From: the human T2T-CHM13v2.0 reference genome, Homo sapiens
Reading direction: 5' to 3' (one strand)
Assembly (NCBI RefSeq): GCF_009914755.1
Contig: NC_060931.1
DNA length: 64,000 nucleotides
Position 1 is the stretch's first letter, and every line of letters begins with the position of its first letter. Below the pieces are notes generated by a model. It was given only the letters and a program-made list of their open reading frames with translations, was not told the DNA's origin and ran no database searches. The translations under genes were made by a program, and so were the position numbers. This document shows, piece after piece, positions 16,761 through 31,663 of the stretch.

Positions 16761-17874
16761 AGTAGCAGGAAAAACTTCAGTTGAAGAATTGAAGATCTCA
16801 GCTCATTGATATTCTCACTGGGTCATGAGGCATTTTTGGAGGTTTGTAGAAGGGAGGGTGGTAGGTTGGACAACATTGGATACTTAGAAGCCTTTATAGC
16901 AATATCTTCAAATTTTGTGAGGAGAAGATTATTTTGAACCCAGCCAAACCCTTACCAATCTTGTATTCCTGTGATGAGTAAAATAAAGTCATTTTCAGGT
17001 TCAAAAAATAATTTTTCCCAGGAAAATAAGTGGTTATCCACTATTTTGATTTTAAAAATTAAATATCTAACTCCTGACATAATAAATGAATAGTCTTTAA
17101 ACTTTTGGCTTTAAAGATTTTTTTAAGTCTTTGATGGAAAAGACATTATCACACAGAGTTTAATAAGTTTACTAGCTTTTCAGAAATTTTTTCGGAGAGT
17201 AAAAATGACAAAACAAATCAAAAGCGTGGAAATCGAATATTAAAAGGTTTCTTGGTTTAAACTGGTATGCTAGGAAGAACTACCAAGATAAAGATGTTTA
17301 TACTTCAGCCCTGCAAACAAATGAGAATAAACCACATCAAAATTAAGCTTGAATATTCTCAAAAAGAAAGAAACTCTTTGTAGCCATACGAAGTAGAAAG
17401 GTAGGGGGTTGGTAACAAAGATTGGCCATTAGTATGAATCTGTGAGTTAATAAAAAATGGAAATAGACTCATTTAATGTGAGTCCCTAAAGATTTTCAGC
17501 ATAGTTCCCAGATATTTGGAGTGATTGAGTCTGAAGTACTTCAGAAACGGAAATGTGACCCAGCTCCAGTGGAGCCCTCAACGGAGGCAGTGGATGGGGC
17601 CAAACTGAGTTGTTTTCAGCAGTGTGCTGATTTTAACTGTATGATCATTTTAAAAAATAGGAATACTTCCAGACATCTTTGTTTTTCAACCATGTTTACC
17701 AAGATTTCACCCTTGGGGAATAGATTTTCATCTTAATTTATGGAAGTCTTTGAGAAACCTGGGAAATGGCTAATGAGGTAGATCTTTTTAGTGGTAGATA
17801 AAAATTAGGAGATGTTAGAATCTTTTTAATAATAACTACAGTTTTTTAAAACAACATTTAAAATTATGAAAATA

Positions 17875-18291
<417 letters not shown>

Positions 18292-19088
18292 TTATTCTTT
18301 ATGTAAATGCCACTTACGTTCAACAGCTAATTCCCAACTTGGATTTATGTGTTATTTGAAACAGAATTTGATTCTTATTGTCTCGTGACAAATGGCTGTT
18401 TTCTCACACATTTTTATGAAAAGTTATAATCTTGAGTTGAAAGAATGGAAGAATAAAGCTTGACTTTTAAACATGAAGTGTATAGCTTAATTCAAAGAAA
18501 ATTAAATAGTGCTATGTTAAAAGTAGGCAGAGTTCTTCACATTGTAGAAGTCAGTCTGGAGACTTGATTGTTGTAAATGTCCTTTTGTTTGTTTGTTTTA
18601 CTGTTTTGTAACATAATCTGAAGGGTTTTATAAAAATAAATGCAGAGAGGTGAATTTAGCTTCACCACTCTTATTTGCATATCTGATCGCTTAGTAAATG
18701 GTAGTAATATTAATAGGATGCTTGCCTAGAATGAAAGAAGGGAATTTTTATAAGGAGGGTATGATCACTATTCACCCAGAATATAAGTATTCACTCTTAC
18801 ATATAAATCAACGCCTCATGTATCATTGGTTGATTTTGATAAAAATTATGCAATTTCAAGAAAGCAGAAAGCTCTTTATTCCAACATGTTTTTACCCTCA
18901 CTGACAAAAATGACAACTTGAAAAATTATTTAGAAACTTGCATATGATAATCAGGGGTGGTATTTAGTGTCATTAGGGACAAAGTTTAGGGTTTTTTTGA
19001 GAATGTAAAACTGTACATGTTGGTTTTGTTTTAGCACATATGACAGGAACAAACTAAAACTATTCAATCTGTTGCCTTGTTCTGATAG

Positions 19089-19358
<270 letters not shown>

Positions 19359-19719
19359 TAGATAGGAAAAGAAGTGGTGAAATCTAATTCTTTAGGAAGA
19401 GATTAGTGTAGCAATGACAGAGAAAGACAAAACTTCTTTAACAGTGAACTGTTTGCTAATTATGAGACTCTTCCCATCAACCTGGTAATTCCTAAATAGT
19501 TACTACCTGGCTACCAACCTGGGCAATCTTATGACTAATTTCACTGCTTATGTAGATTTTGTAGCTATGTTCCTTTCTTATGCCTTTCCACTTACGTCTC
19601 TTAGTAATTAGAAGGACAATTTCTTACTCTGTTCTTATTTTCCCTTCTGCTATTCTCCATTAAGTACAAAGAATTTAAGATTTGATTTTATAGAATTAGA
19701 ATTTAAATGTATCAGCAAT

Positions 19720-19845
19720 GGTCAGGAGCAGTGGATCACTTGATTCCAGAAGTTTGAGACGAGCCTGGCCAACATGGCGAAACCCCATCCCCAGTAAAAA
19801 TACAAAAATTAGCCTGGCGTGGTGACCTGTGCCTGTAGTCCCAGC
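19720..19845 (+). mobile_element. Partial sense Alu (left half of foldback)
   Basis: Left arm with a 5' internal deletion, A-linker, start of right arm to gcctgtagtcccagc. Confidence 0.85.
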
Positions 19846-20024
19846 CTCCCAAGTAGCTGGGATTACAGGCATGCACCACCACGCCCGGCTAATTTTTTGT
19901 ATTTAGTAAAGACAGGGTTTCACCATGTTGGCCAGGCTGGTCTTGAACTCCTGACCTCAGGTGATCCACCCGCCTCTGCCTTCTGCGGTGTTGGGATTAC
20001 AGGCATGAGCCACTGTACCTGGCC
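19842..20024 (-). mobile_element. Partial antisense AluS (right half of foldback)
   Basis: cagcctcccaagtagctgggattacaggc...cactgtacctggcc. Confidence 0.88.
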
Positions 20025-20199
20025 ACTTTCTTGATGCTCAAATTTTTCTCTTTGGCTAGTAGGAGCACCCCCCACAACATATTTATGTATCTTTTTTTGT
20101 AAGAGAAAAATTAAATTGTGAATTCATACTGATATGTCTGATTCAAATAAAATATTTTTTATCTTAATGTCTTCTATTTTGTAACTTTATATCTTTTCT

Positions 20200-20324
20200 T
20201 TTTACCCCGACTGGAGCGCAGATCGTAGCTCACTACAGCCTTGAATGTCAGGGCTCAAATGATCCTCTCACCTTAGCCCCCCAAGTAGCTAAAACTACAG
20301 GTGTGTACCACCACACCTGGGTTT

Positions 20325-20355
<31 letters not shown>

Positions 20356-20356
20356 A

Positions 20357-20418
<62 letters not shown>

Positions 20419-20543
20419 AAGTGGAAGTGGAAGTGGAAGTAGGAGACAGGGCCTTGCTGTGTTGCCCAGGCTGTCTCAAGCAATCCTCTCACCTTGGCCT
20501 GCCCAAATGCTAGGACTACAGGTGTGAGCCACCATGCCTGGCC
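20200..20543 (-). mobile_element. AluJ with linker replaced by trinucleotide expansion
   Basis: Both arms recognisable around the (AGT)n tract. Confidence 0.8.
20327..20440. repeat. (AGT)9(AGA)2(AGT)19 AGA (AGTGGA)3 AGT compound STR
   Basis: Read directly; source of the poly-S/T/Y ORFs. Confidence 0.95.
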
Positions 20544-21285
20544 TATTTTTGTGTCTTTTAAGGTTAAAATCCTGCTTCATAACATTAGTTGCTTTGTCTG
20601 TCTATAATAGCTTTCACAGTAAAGAAAACTAACAACAGAATCACTGAGTGCTGTTTAACGTTGCTTTCTGATTATTTTTCTGTTTAGGATTTAGACTTCT
20701 AGGGATGGGTAGTCAAAAAGTATGTATTAAAATCATTAGAAATACTATTTCTGTGTCTGAGTATATCTTTATATACAGATAGGTTTATTTGTTGGATTTT
20801 TTTTGCCCAAATTTTAGATTTTTTTTTTGAGTTAATTTTGTCTTCTAATTAAATAAAAGCATATACATTGTTCTAAAGTCAAAACCATACATCAAGGTAT
20901 TATTTTTGGAGAGGTCTTCCTGCTCTGTTCCTGCCACTATAGGTAACTGTCTTTTATTAGGTTTTGGTTTATCCTTCCTTTGTTTTTCAAAAAAAGAAGC
21001 AATCTCTATTCTCGCTCTCGCTTGCGTGCTCTCTCTCTCACTTTTCCCCTCTCTCACATTCTCTTTCCCTCTCTCCCTCTCTTTTTGTCTGATGCACAGA
21101 TATTCCTTCTTCTCCATTCCTACACAAAGGAAGAAGGAACCTGTATATATTATTCTGCACCTTGCTTTTCTTCTTTAACAGGATGTCCTAGAGATCCCCT
21201 TTTAGCAATATGTAGAGAGCTTCCTCTTTCCCTTTTATTCCAGCATAGTACTCCATTGGGATCTGTTATAAAATTACTTTTGTAG

Positions 21286-21513
<228 letters not shown>

Positions 21514-21939
21514 TGATTTCTTCTCTCATGTCTTAACTACTTTAGGTAGAAAACTGCAGTTCATTCTCTTTTCTTTCTAATCATTTTTCACCCTTTCTTT
21601 ATTTCTTTAATTGAGTAATTCCAAGTAAGAGAAAGAAAATTCTACCAGCTTATTCAGTTCTATCTATTTTTAAATATGGGAATTACTATTTCCTTCAAGC
21701 AGAAAATATGTGAATTTCTAAATGAATTGTGTGTGTGCTTGTTGGGGGGCGGGGTAGGAAGAATCAATATCTTAAAAACTTTTTATTCTGTGTTTGCTAA
21801 TTTTTTTCATCTTCTATTTTCACTGTAGTGATCTTTATATTAGGCACTAGCATAGTAGGGTGTGTGTCTTAAGGGGGGAACTTCATGGGATTGGTAACAC
21901 CTTGTAAGTTTAAAAGCTCAGCATCTAGGAGGTTATTAG

Positions 21940-22050
21940 TAGTGGAATGGCTGGTTTGCTTAGATTATGCATATTGCCCTGGCATAATTATTAATAGTGC
22001 TCCATTCATTTTCAAAAGTGTCCTGTTTTGATCATTTATAGTTACCCTAC
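21940..22050. mobile_element. hAT-Blackjack MITE (MER94/MER81-like)
   Basis: 'ataattattaatagtgc...tcaaaagtgtcctgtttt...gttacccta'. Confidence 0.45.
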
Positions 22051-22385
22051 ATAGTAGTTGCTTTGCCTGTGATTATTGTACCTAAAAGAGTGGCTTTAAT
22101 TAAGGTGCAATGGTTTAAAATGCTAATTTGAACAATAGAGTGAGAAATTAAATCAGCTGCTTTTCTTTTTAGCTGTTGCTTATAGATTGGTGTTTTTATT
22201 ATTGGCTCTTTTGCCAAATGTGGATAAAAGCACTTGTTTCACAGACATTGTTTCTGGATATTTTATTGATTAATACAAGCTTCCTTTAAAACAAAAACAA
22301 CAAAAATATTTTTAAATTAAAATATTTGTTCACATTTAAGAAGAAAAACTTGTTTTAAAACAAACAAACAAAAAAACAAAAGATA

Positions 22386-22510
22386 GGCAAGGCACAGTCG
22401 CATATGCCTGTAATTCCAGCTAGTCCAGAGACGGACATGGGAGGATTGCTTGAATCTAGGAGTTTAGGACCAGCCTGAGCAACAAAGCAAGACCCTGTCT
22501 CTACAAAAAG
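22386..22510 (+). mobile_element. FLAM-like Alu monomer
   Basis: Single left arm. Confidence 0.75.
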
Positions 22511-23013
22511 GAGGTTTCCAGATAAAAGTAGACTCAATAGATATGTTAAGCATTTGGAAGAAAAATCTGTTGATGAGTATAAATAGCATCTAATGTAAAA
22601 AACGAAGGATAGGGACACAACAGGAAAAGCGAAACTTTTTATAAAAAAGGAGACATTATCACAGTAAATTTCTTGGCTTTACAGTAAGCAGTATTTCCCT
22701 AATCATAATGCAGAACTACAGCCAGTTTAACCAAAAATTGGGATGAAATATAGTGGGAAGATAGTGTAAGTGTAGTAAACATCTTCGTCTATTACAACAG
22801 GAAATTAGTAGGTAATGTCTAAAATAGCAGCTTAGCATGTGATTTAGAAATATGGACCTGAATAGGTAATAACATTATTTACCCTATCTAAAATTGTCTT
22901 ATTTACTCATTTATTTACTGTTGCCATAGGAGAGTGTAGAGCTATATGATTTAATATTTGACTTTCTCTGGCTTTTAAGAGTTATTCTAACTTACCATTA
23001 AAATAACTAGGAG

Positions 23014-23148
23014 GGTCAGGCGCAGTGGCTCATGTCTTTAATCCCAGCACTTTGGGAGGCTAAGGTGAGAGGACTGCTTGAGCCCAGGAGTTTGAGACTA
23101 GCCTGGGCAGCATAGTTAGCCCTCATCTCTATAAAATAAAAATAAAAT
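23014..23148 (+). mobile_element. FLAM_C-like Alu monomer
   Basis: Single left arm with (AAAAT)n tail and degenerate TSD. Confidence 0.8.
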
Positions 23149-23542
23149 AGCAGGAGAGAGGTAATACTCCTTCTACGATCCTAAGATGGGTCTCCCTGAA
23201 AAAGGTAGTGAAGATAGTAATTGATATGACAATATGTTGAAAATTATGGCATGCTGACTCAGTGCTAGACTACGGACACAGTGGATACAAGGCAATCACA
23301 GTCTCTCAAAGTGCTTATAATCTAGCTAGTAGGTAATGTATTCCCATGGATAATAATTACTACTCTTTATTTAGACCCTACCATATACCAGAATATCTTT
23401 AATTGGTGGTATTATTCTAATGTACAAGATGAAAACAGTTACACAACTACGTAATGACAGAGCTGGGATTTAGAAGTTTGAGTGCAAGGAAGGTGTTTCT
23501 GCCATGCTAAACTACTGCCCAAGATTAAAAGAAAAAAGTGGC

Positions 23543-23900
<358 letters not shown>

Positions 23901-24409
23901 TTAATGACTGTCATTCAAAACAATTTTTTAATGAGTTAAAATTATGTAGTAATGTACAGTATCGACAATTATTCTTCAATCATGGTTATGGCTAGCTTTA
24001 GAGCAGTGTGGCAATTATTCTTTTTATTTAATTTTGTTGTGGTCATAAAAGTAAAAATATGCTCATTGTAGAGAATTTGAAAAATAAGATGCAAAAAAGA
24101 AAATATGTCAAACTGTCCAGAGATAACTTGTTAAAATTTTGATATATTTCTGTCTAGTCTTTTTAAAACTTATTTATTGTATAAAAGTTGATACAAGTTT
24201 GTATTCTATTTTAAAATTTACATTAAATTGTGGGATTTTTTCCATTATTGTGGTTTTATTAATGTGAACTGGAGATGTTATTAGAAAAGACAAATGGATT
24301 CATTGTTTGATTACTGCTATAATCAATTTTTCTAAAATCAAAATCACCATTTTTTACTGTGTGTGTTCAGTGTGTAATTGGTTTACACAATTGAATTTTC
24401 CCACAATGC

Positions 24410-26390
24410 AAATAAATTCATTAATAATATTTGTTGACCATCTACTAGCATCTAAGTTTGTCCCTCTCCCTTCCTCCTTCCCTCCCCACTTAGTTCATTG
24501 TCTTCTGTAGGCCCAAGATTATTTTACGCACTTGGGATTCATCTATGGACCTGGAGGATAAGATCCTTTCCCTTAGAGGACTCACATTCTAGTGGAGAGA
24601 GACCTGCAGTTGTGTTCTAAGTACTGTGAATAAAATACACTGGATGCCGTGATAATGAATAACAAGGGAAGTCTCATTTAAACAGAGTAGGTTGGGAAAC
24701 CATCTTTGAGGAGGTAATCTTTAAGATTTAAGATGAAAAGTAGAGAATTAGGAAGAACCATGTGAAGAACTGAGAGAAGAACAAGTACAGAGTTCCCAAA
24801 GCAGGAAGGAACCTGGGATGTTCAGAAATAGTGGGACTGGTACGTATTGAGGATTGGAAAAGTTGGTATGAAACTAGGTTAGAGCTACGGAGATAAGAGT
24901 CAGAGTATTTAGTGCCTTGTTACAAATGCAAGGAGTTTGGATTTTTTTTCTGAATAAAATAGATTATTCAAAGGTTTAATATCAGTGTCTTGATCTAAGT
25001 TTTAACAATACCACTTCTTTGTCTAGGTGTATATTTTCCAAGTGGTTAATTTTGACAATGTTCCTGTGAGTTGCATTGTTCAAAGGCTTGTTTACTGAGG
25101 ATTTTTATGGCAGGGTTGAGCATCTGGTTAGAATTACTTGGAAAAATTTCCCACCTAAAACTGTTGCAGTTATACTTGGAATTGAGGAACCTCAGTGACT
25201 CTGTTAGCACATTAGAGTGAAATGGAAATTATTCTCTTTTTTTCTGTTTTTTTTTCCCCTCATCTCTGCCTCTCTCACTTTCTTCCTTTTCCCTCCTTCC
25301 CATTCTTTTTCCCATGTCCCTTTTACTCCTCCCCCAACTTTCTCTCTCCTAGAGGATTCTAATATGCGGCTGGGATTGAGAACCACTGTTCTAGCTCTCC
25401 GGAGTCTATTTCAGTCCTTAGTTAACCTTAAGCAAGTTACCTAATGTCTCAGCTTTTGCTTCCACATTTGTAAATGACCCAAATTAGATTTTAAGGAAAA
25501 TAGCGTCTCTGTCCATGGCTACCCTAGGAGTAGAGATGGGTTAACCCTCTAGTTTCGACTGGTGTTACTGTTGGGTGCCTTAATTTTCACAAGAGGATGT
25601 TAATACTGCTACCCTCAGGTTCACTAATCTAGCCAGTTAACATCAAGTCATGCCAATTTTGCCTCATCTTCTCTCTATTCCCATTGCTGCTTCACTATGA
25701 ACTAGTTTGGGCTAACATCACCTATTTGGCCTCTGTCTCTAGACTTCCTCTCCCTATGTACCCCTCCCTGCAACCCATTCTCCACACTGCAAGCAGGATA
25801 CAGCTATTCTGTGTTACCAGTAAAGAATAGAACCATATGCCTTAACATTTATAGAGCAGATATTTTTTGGTCACCTACTAGGTGCCAGACAATAAGCTAC
25901 GCACTAGGAGTACAACTGTGAATGAGGGCCCTATCTTCATGGAGTTATGGTTGTACACAGAGAGGAAAAATAAAGTGACAGCCTTACCTTTAGATTAGTG
26001 CTAGTGAAGAAAAGAACATATTTTTAAAAATACAAACCTAGTGGGTTTTCTTCCTCACTTTAAATCTTTTAATGGTTTCTCCCTGCCCTCAGGATTAAGT
26101 CTAAACTTAACATAATTCACAGACTCTTTTATGATGTGCCCCATTTTAGTTCTCCAGTCCTAGTCTTGGTGTCTGTACTCTTCTTGCCACCAACTCTGTT
26201 TCACGACCACCGAATATTAAATCTTTATAGATAGTGTGTTTTAACTTGCCTTTGAGAGTTGCCCATGCTATTCCTCCTACCTGAATCACTTTCCTCTCCC
26301 CTCCAAAATCTAGCTAACTTGTACTGCTTACCTCTCAGATCTTAGCTTGTAGATCGTTGTCGCCCAAAATTCTCTAATGCCTTAAGCCCA
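24410..26390. mobile_element. Cluster of L2 and MIR fragments
   Basis: L2 motifs ('acattctagtggagaga', 'cacctactaggtgccagac', 'tgcccatgctattcctcctacctgaa') and MIR at ~25370-25490. Confidence 0.55.
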
Positions 26391-28094
26391 GGTTAGAAAT
26401 ATAAAAACATGTGGCTCTAGCCATCATTGTTAACGCAATTCTAGGTATTCATCTGGCTGTAAAATCTTGACTGTGCTTTTCAAAACCTATACAAAGATCA
26501 GCTGAAATACACAGACTTGTTCATGATTTCTTAAAGAGCATTCAGTGGTTTCAGTACTCTAGATCTCCTAAAAGTCTTTTACTGAACTAAATTAGACTGT
26601 TCAGAAAACCTCACATCAGAACCATGGTATATTATATTGTCCTCCCATAGAATTATTTTACCTCACTTTTAAAAAGTACATTTTTTTCTCTCTTACTAGA
26701 TTTTTATTGTAAGCAGTGAAAAGTACTTTTAAGAAGGCAGAATACTATTTAAATTCCCACATTTTTAAAATATTCTTAGAAAACACCAATTTTATCCATT
26801 ATGTAGATGCTCTGTAGCTTATTAATCATTCTGTTGTTTGTTAACTGTTGTTCTAAAGATTTTTTACTACAGTTAATTACTGTAATTTGAGATGGACTTA
26901 ACATATAATTACTGTGTTTATCTGTGATTCAGTAATGTGGCTTATTTGATTAAAATTATATTTACAATGTGAGTATCAAATGGGATTGTTTGAGCTCATA
27001 GAGTAAATTTGTTTGAACTATTGAGATCACCGAGATGGTATAGCTAATAGTAAAATTACTGCTGTTTATATAATTCTGTATTGTCAGATACTATAAAATC
27101 TTAAGTTGTTGCTCTTTATAATTATCTGAATGTACCATCTTAGATTTAACATCTGAAGATCTGAAGAAACTTTAATGCTTATTTTTAAACTACAGTGTAA
27201 CAATTTTATGCTCTCCTCAGAAGAAAATTATAATTTAAATCAATGGATTGGCAGCTGCTTTAAGGGATTTATTAGCATTGTGTCTAATACATACATAATT
27301 ACATCAAAATTCAGCATATCTAAAACTTGAGTTTATTTCTGAGAAACTTTTGGCAAGTAAGACTGTGAACACAAGGGGTTTAGCAGATTCCCCATATGTA
27401 AGCTCTGTATTTAACACTAATTGAAACTTATGTGTAGAAGATGGTCTGTCACACCACCAGAGTTTTGTAGTTTTCTATAGAAACTCAGTCTACTATAGTA
27501 AGAGTGCTTTCTCCTGTTCGTATTCATTCAAGGAAGAAGCATATATTGAACCTTCTTCATTTGCCAAATGCTAAGTCAAGTATTGGTAATACTGAGGTCT
27601 TACAACCTGATGCTTGTTCTTTAGTAGTTATGTATTTACTTGTTTTGATTTTTAAATTGTGTCCACTCTGTTTTCCCACATCTGCCATTGTTTATTCCAT
27701 CCTGTTCTAACCATTATAGCAGATTGGTACCATTGAAAGAATAGCAAATTGAGAATCAGAAGACTTGGTCTCTCTTTGTCTGGGTCTGCCACTCATCCCT
27801 CTGTAATTCTAGAAAAATTATATAACTTCTCTGAACCTGATTATTCATCTGAAAATGAGGAGATTGGACCAGTTGATCATAAGACCTCATCTAGCTCCAA
27901 AATTTTGAAAATTAAATTTCATTCCCTTCTGCTGTTATCAGGCTGTGAAACTAAGATATGAGGGCTATGTGAGTTTACATCTACAGAACTTGATTTATCT
28001 ATAAATAAATTTTTATGAAAACCTTAAAAGCAAAATCATACTGATTTTCATTTTGGCCCTGGGAATGTGCTTATTGTGCTTACTGACATTTTAA

Positions 28095-28444
<350 letters not shown>

Positions 28445-28799
28445 GATCCTTTTATACTTTTACCAATTAAATGAGTAAAGCCAAACTGGCAACACAGAGA
28501 AGACTTTGAAGCTGATGATTTGCTGTCATTAACATAGATTAGTTACTGGACTAGAAAATGGTAGCGCTTATTTTCAACATAATTAGGCTTCATTGCTGTC
28601 AGTTTAGTATGTTTTGTATTTGATGTGTCATTATTCAAACAGAGTATCTACTTTTTGCCTCTCAAAATTATTGGTAATAATAACTTTCCCTGATTTCCCC
28701 CTTCTACCCTCCCAGGGGTGTTTTTGCTAGTTACAAGCTTACAAGAGTATTTTATATTTTTAGATATGATATTTAGGTTACTTGATAGTAAATGAGAAT

Positions 28800-30000
28800 T
28801 AAAGTTCACATGTAAAAACAAACATGCAAGAACACTAACAACAATTTTGAAAGTTAATGAAGTAGTACTGGCACTACCAGATATTTATAAAGCTACAATT
28901 TGCCAAAGTACAGACTAATGGGATGAAATAGAGCAGATAGTATAAAAATGTCCCCAAATACATATGAGAATTTAGTATATGGTAAAGTTGGCATTTCCAG
29001 TCAGAGAGAAAGAATAGATTAAACAGTATATGACATGGAGACATTGCTTAAGACTTGGCAGTATTTTAAAAAAAAGGAAAATCTGACTCCAGCCTGGGCA
29101 ACGGCAAGACTCTTTCTCTTTAAATAAGTAAATAAATAAATATGAATAAATGGGAAAATCTGGATCCCTACTTGACTTTTGTACATCAAAGAAAATTCTA
29201 GGTGAACTTAAGTTTCATACTTAAGAAATAAAATTATAATTCCAATTATTTTTAATAATCTAGGATTAAGAGAAGACCCTTCTAAACATGCCACAAACCC
29301 AGAAATCATAAAGAAAAGGAATGTTTGATTTTTGCAAAATTAAAAAATATAAAAAATTGTTAAAATATCAAATAATGACAAACTAGCAATTAAGACAAAG
29401 CTTATTTCCTACAATGAACAAAAGGCTCTTATAAACCAATAAAAGTGGATAATCCTGTAGTAGAACAATGACAAATTATATGAATAGATACTTCGAAGAA
29501 AAAATAATTCATATTGCCAGTAAATTTACACATGTACAGATGCTCAGCTTTATTCATAACTTTTAAGTGTAAATTAAAAAATCACTCAGTGAATGTTGGT
29601 ATGGCCATGAGGAAGCAGGTGTCTTACATTCTGGTTGAAATGTATTTGGTACAGCCTTTTTTTTTTTTTTTTAACAGTACTTTATCATTATCTGTTAAAA
29701 TACAAAAAATATATTTTTTTGACTAAGCATTTTACTCCACGAACTTTTCCTACTCATATACTTTTATAGATCCACAAAAAATAAGCTATACAGAGATATT
29801 TATTGTAGTATTGTATGCAAGGAGAAAAAATCTGAAGACGGATTGACCATCAACTTATTTGATTTTTATTTATTTGATTGTCCACCAGTAAATAAATTGG
29901 TTGATCCATTCAAAGAGTTCAGTTTTTTATAGCTTAATACAGCTGAGATAAATCAGTAAATATTGTTGAGTGTCAAAAGCTAGTTGCAAATTTACAAAAA
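28800..30000 (+). mobile_element. Old L1M ORF2/3' fossil
   Basis: A-rich; 'gcactaccagatatttataaagctacaat', 'atatgagaatttagtatatggtaaag'. Confidence 0.6.
29086..29152 (+). mobile_element. Extremely 5'-truncated Alu (~35 nt + tail)
   Basis: actccagcctgggcaac...; TSD ggaaaatctg at 29076 and 29153. Confidence 0.75.
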
Positions 30001-30125
30001 ATAAATGATGAGTGGTAGAAAGATTCAAGTAAAATAATAGAAGTTAGTTCTGAACTGGAGTTGTTGCTAGTGCTTAATAGGGCCCCATCCAACATTTAAA
30101 ATGTCCCAACTTTCAAAGAGAAGGA

Positions 30126-30643
30126 TGTGGCAGACACTGTTGTTTGCTTTCCCAAAAGTCATTGGCCCTTTCTTCTGTTAACCAAACCATAATTTTGTTT
30201 AATGGCAAGTTGCCTAACCCCAGGGCATGAATGGTTAATCATGATTAGTCTAAACCAGTCATTATTATCCTTTGGCAAATTATTTCACTTTACCTTCCTC
30301 CCATGTGACACAATTCTGGCCAATGAGACATAAAGAAAGTCTACTGGAGGACATTTGACAAAAATGTCTTCCCTGATGACAGTAGAGAGATGCTGAAAGA
30401 ATTCTTTGCCTCCCTGCTTTGGGTGCTCTATATAAGGATGTGATGCTTAGAGTTGGTATTGGCAAGTTTCAAAAATGAGAAGGCGGCCAAGAAAATTGCA
30501 GAAAGTTAACCTAGCACCATGATTTGGTTGAACTCTGAAACAATCTTGGAGCTGTCTACTTGCAAAATTTTGTTACATGAGCTAATTAATCTACTGTTAG
30601 TTAGGTTTTCTGTTACTTGGAGCTGAAAATATCCTAACAAATA
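30126..30643 (+). mobile_element. MLT1-type (MaLR) solo LTR
   Basis: Starts tgtggcagacactg; 'catgtgacacaattctggccaatgaga'; ends 'ttttctgttacttggagctgaaaatatcctaac'. Confidence 0.75.
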
Positions 30644-31356
30644 GTGAATTTGTGGAAAGCTATTTTTTATTAGATTCTGTATTTCTGTGACAGCTCTGAA
30701 AACTGTTCTTTTCCTTTGTCTTAGCTAATCAGTAATGAATATGTGCATTGGACCGTGAAGCAAAAATAGAGTTGAGATTAATTCATAAGTTAATGCAATA
30801 ACATATCTTCCTCAGGAATTCAAAGGACTTCGAAAATATTTGTTAACTTTTTTTTTATCCCCCCTCCCACAGGGTTTCTTTATGTTAAATATTCTGACAA
30901 TCTCTCCCATTTGCTTAGAGGATAAACCAAGGAAGGAAGAGAAAAGATGTGATTCAGACATATAGATAAAATTTTTTTACTTCCCCTTTAGCTGTTCTAT
31001 TTTGAGTTTTAAAGATGTTAAAGAAGAAATAGAGTTGAAGGATTATCACTGTAACTTCCTAAAACAATTATAAAAATAACGAGTTGGCAGTGATAATTGT
31101 TGTATCATTCTTATTTTCTGTTTTTTTCAGATAAATGTTCTTTCAAAATATGTTAATGATTAACGTTTACTGATCTGCTTGATTAATTTTTCTTTGTGAG
31201 TCAGTTTCTAAACTGGTTAAGGTTAAAGACTGGTTAAGGTCCTGGCATTTAGTTGAGCTTTTTAGCAGTTGAATCTTAAAGTTTTTAAAATCGTTTATGT
31301 TGCAGGTCTTTTGTCCTTCCCTCCTCCCCCGCAAATATACCCATTAGAAACTGTTA

Positions 31357-31663
<307 letters not shown>

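Noticed and set aside
20273-20527. Poly-Ser/Thr/Tyr ORFs
   Set aside because: Reading frames through the (AGT)n STR.
31212-31240. actggttaaggt direct repeat x2
   Set aside because: Ordinary short slippage duplication.
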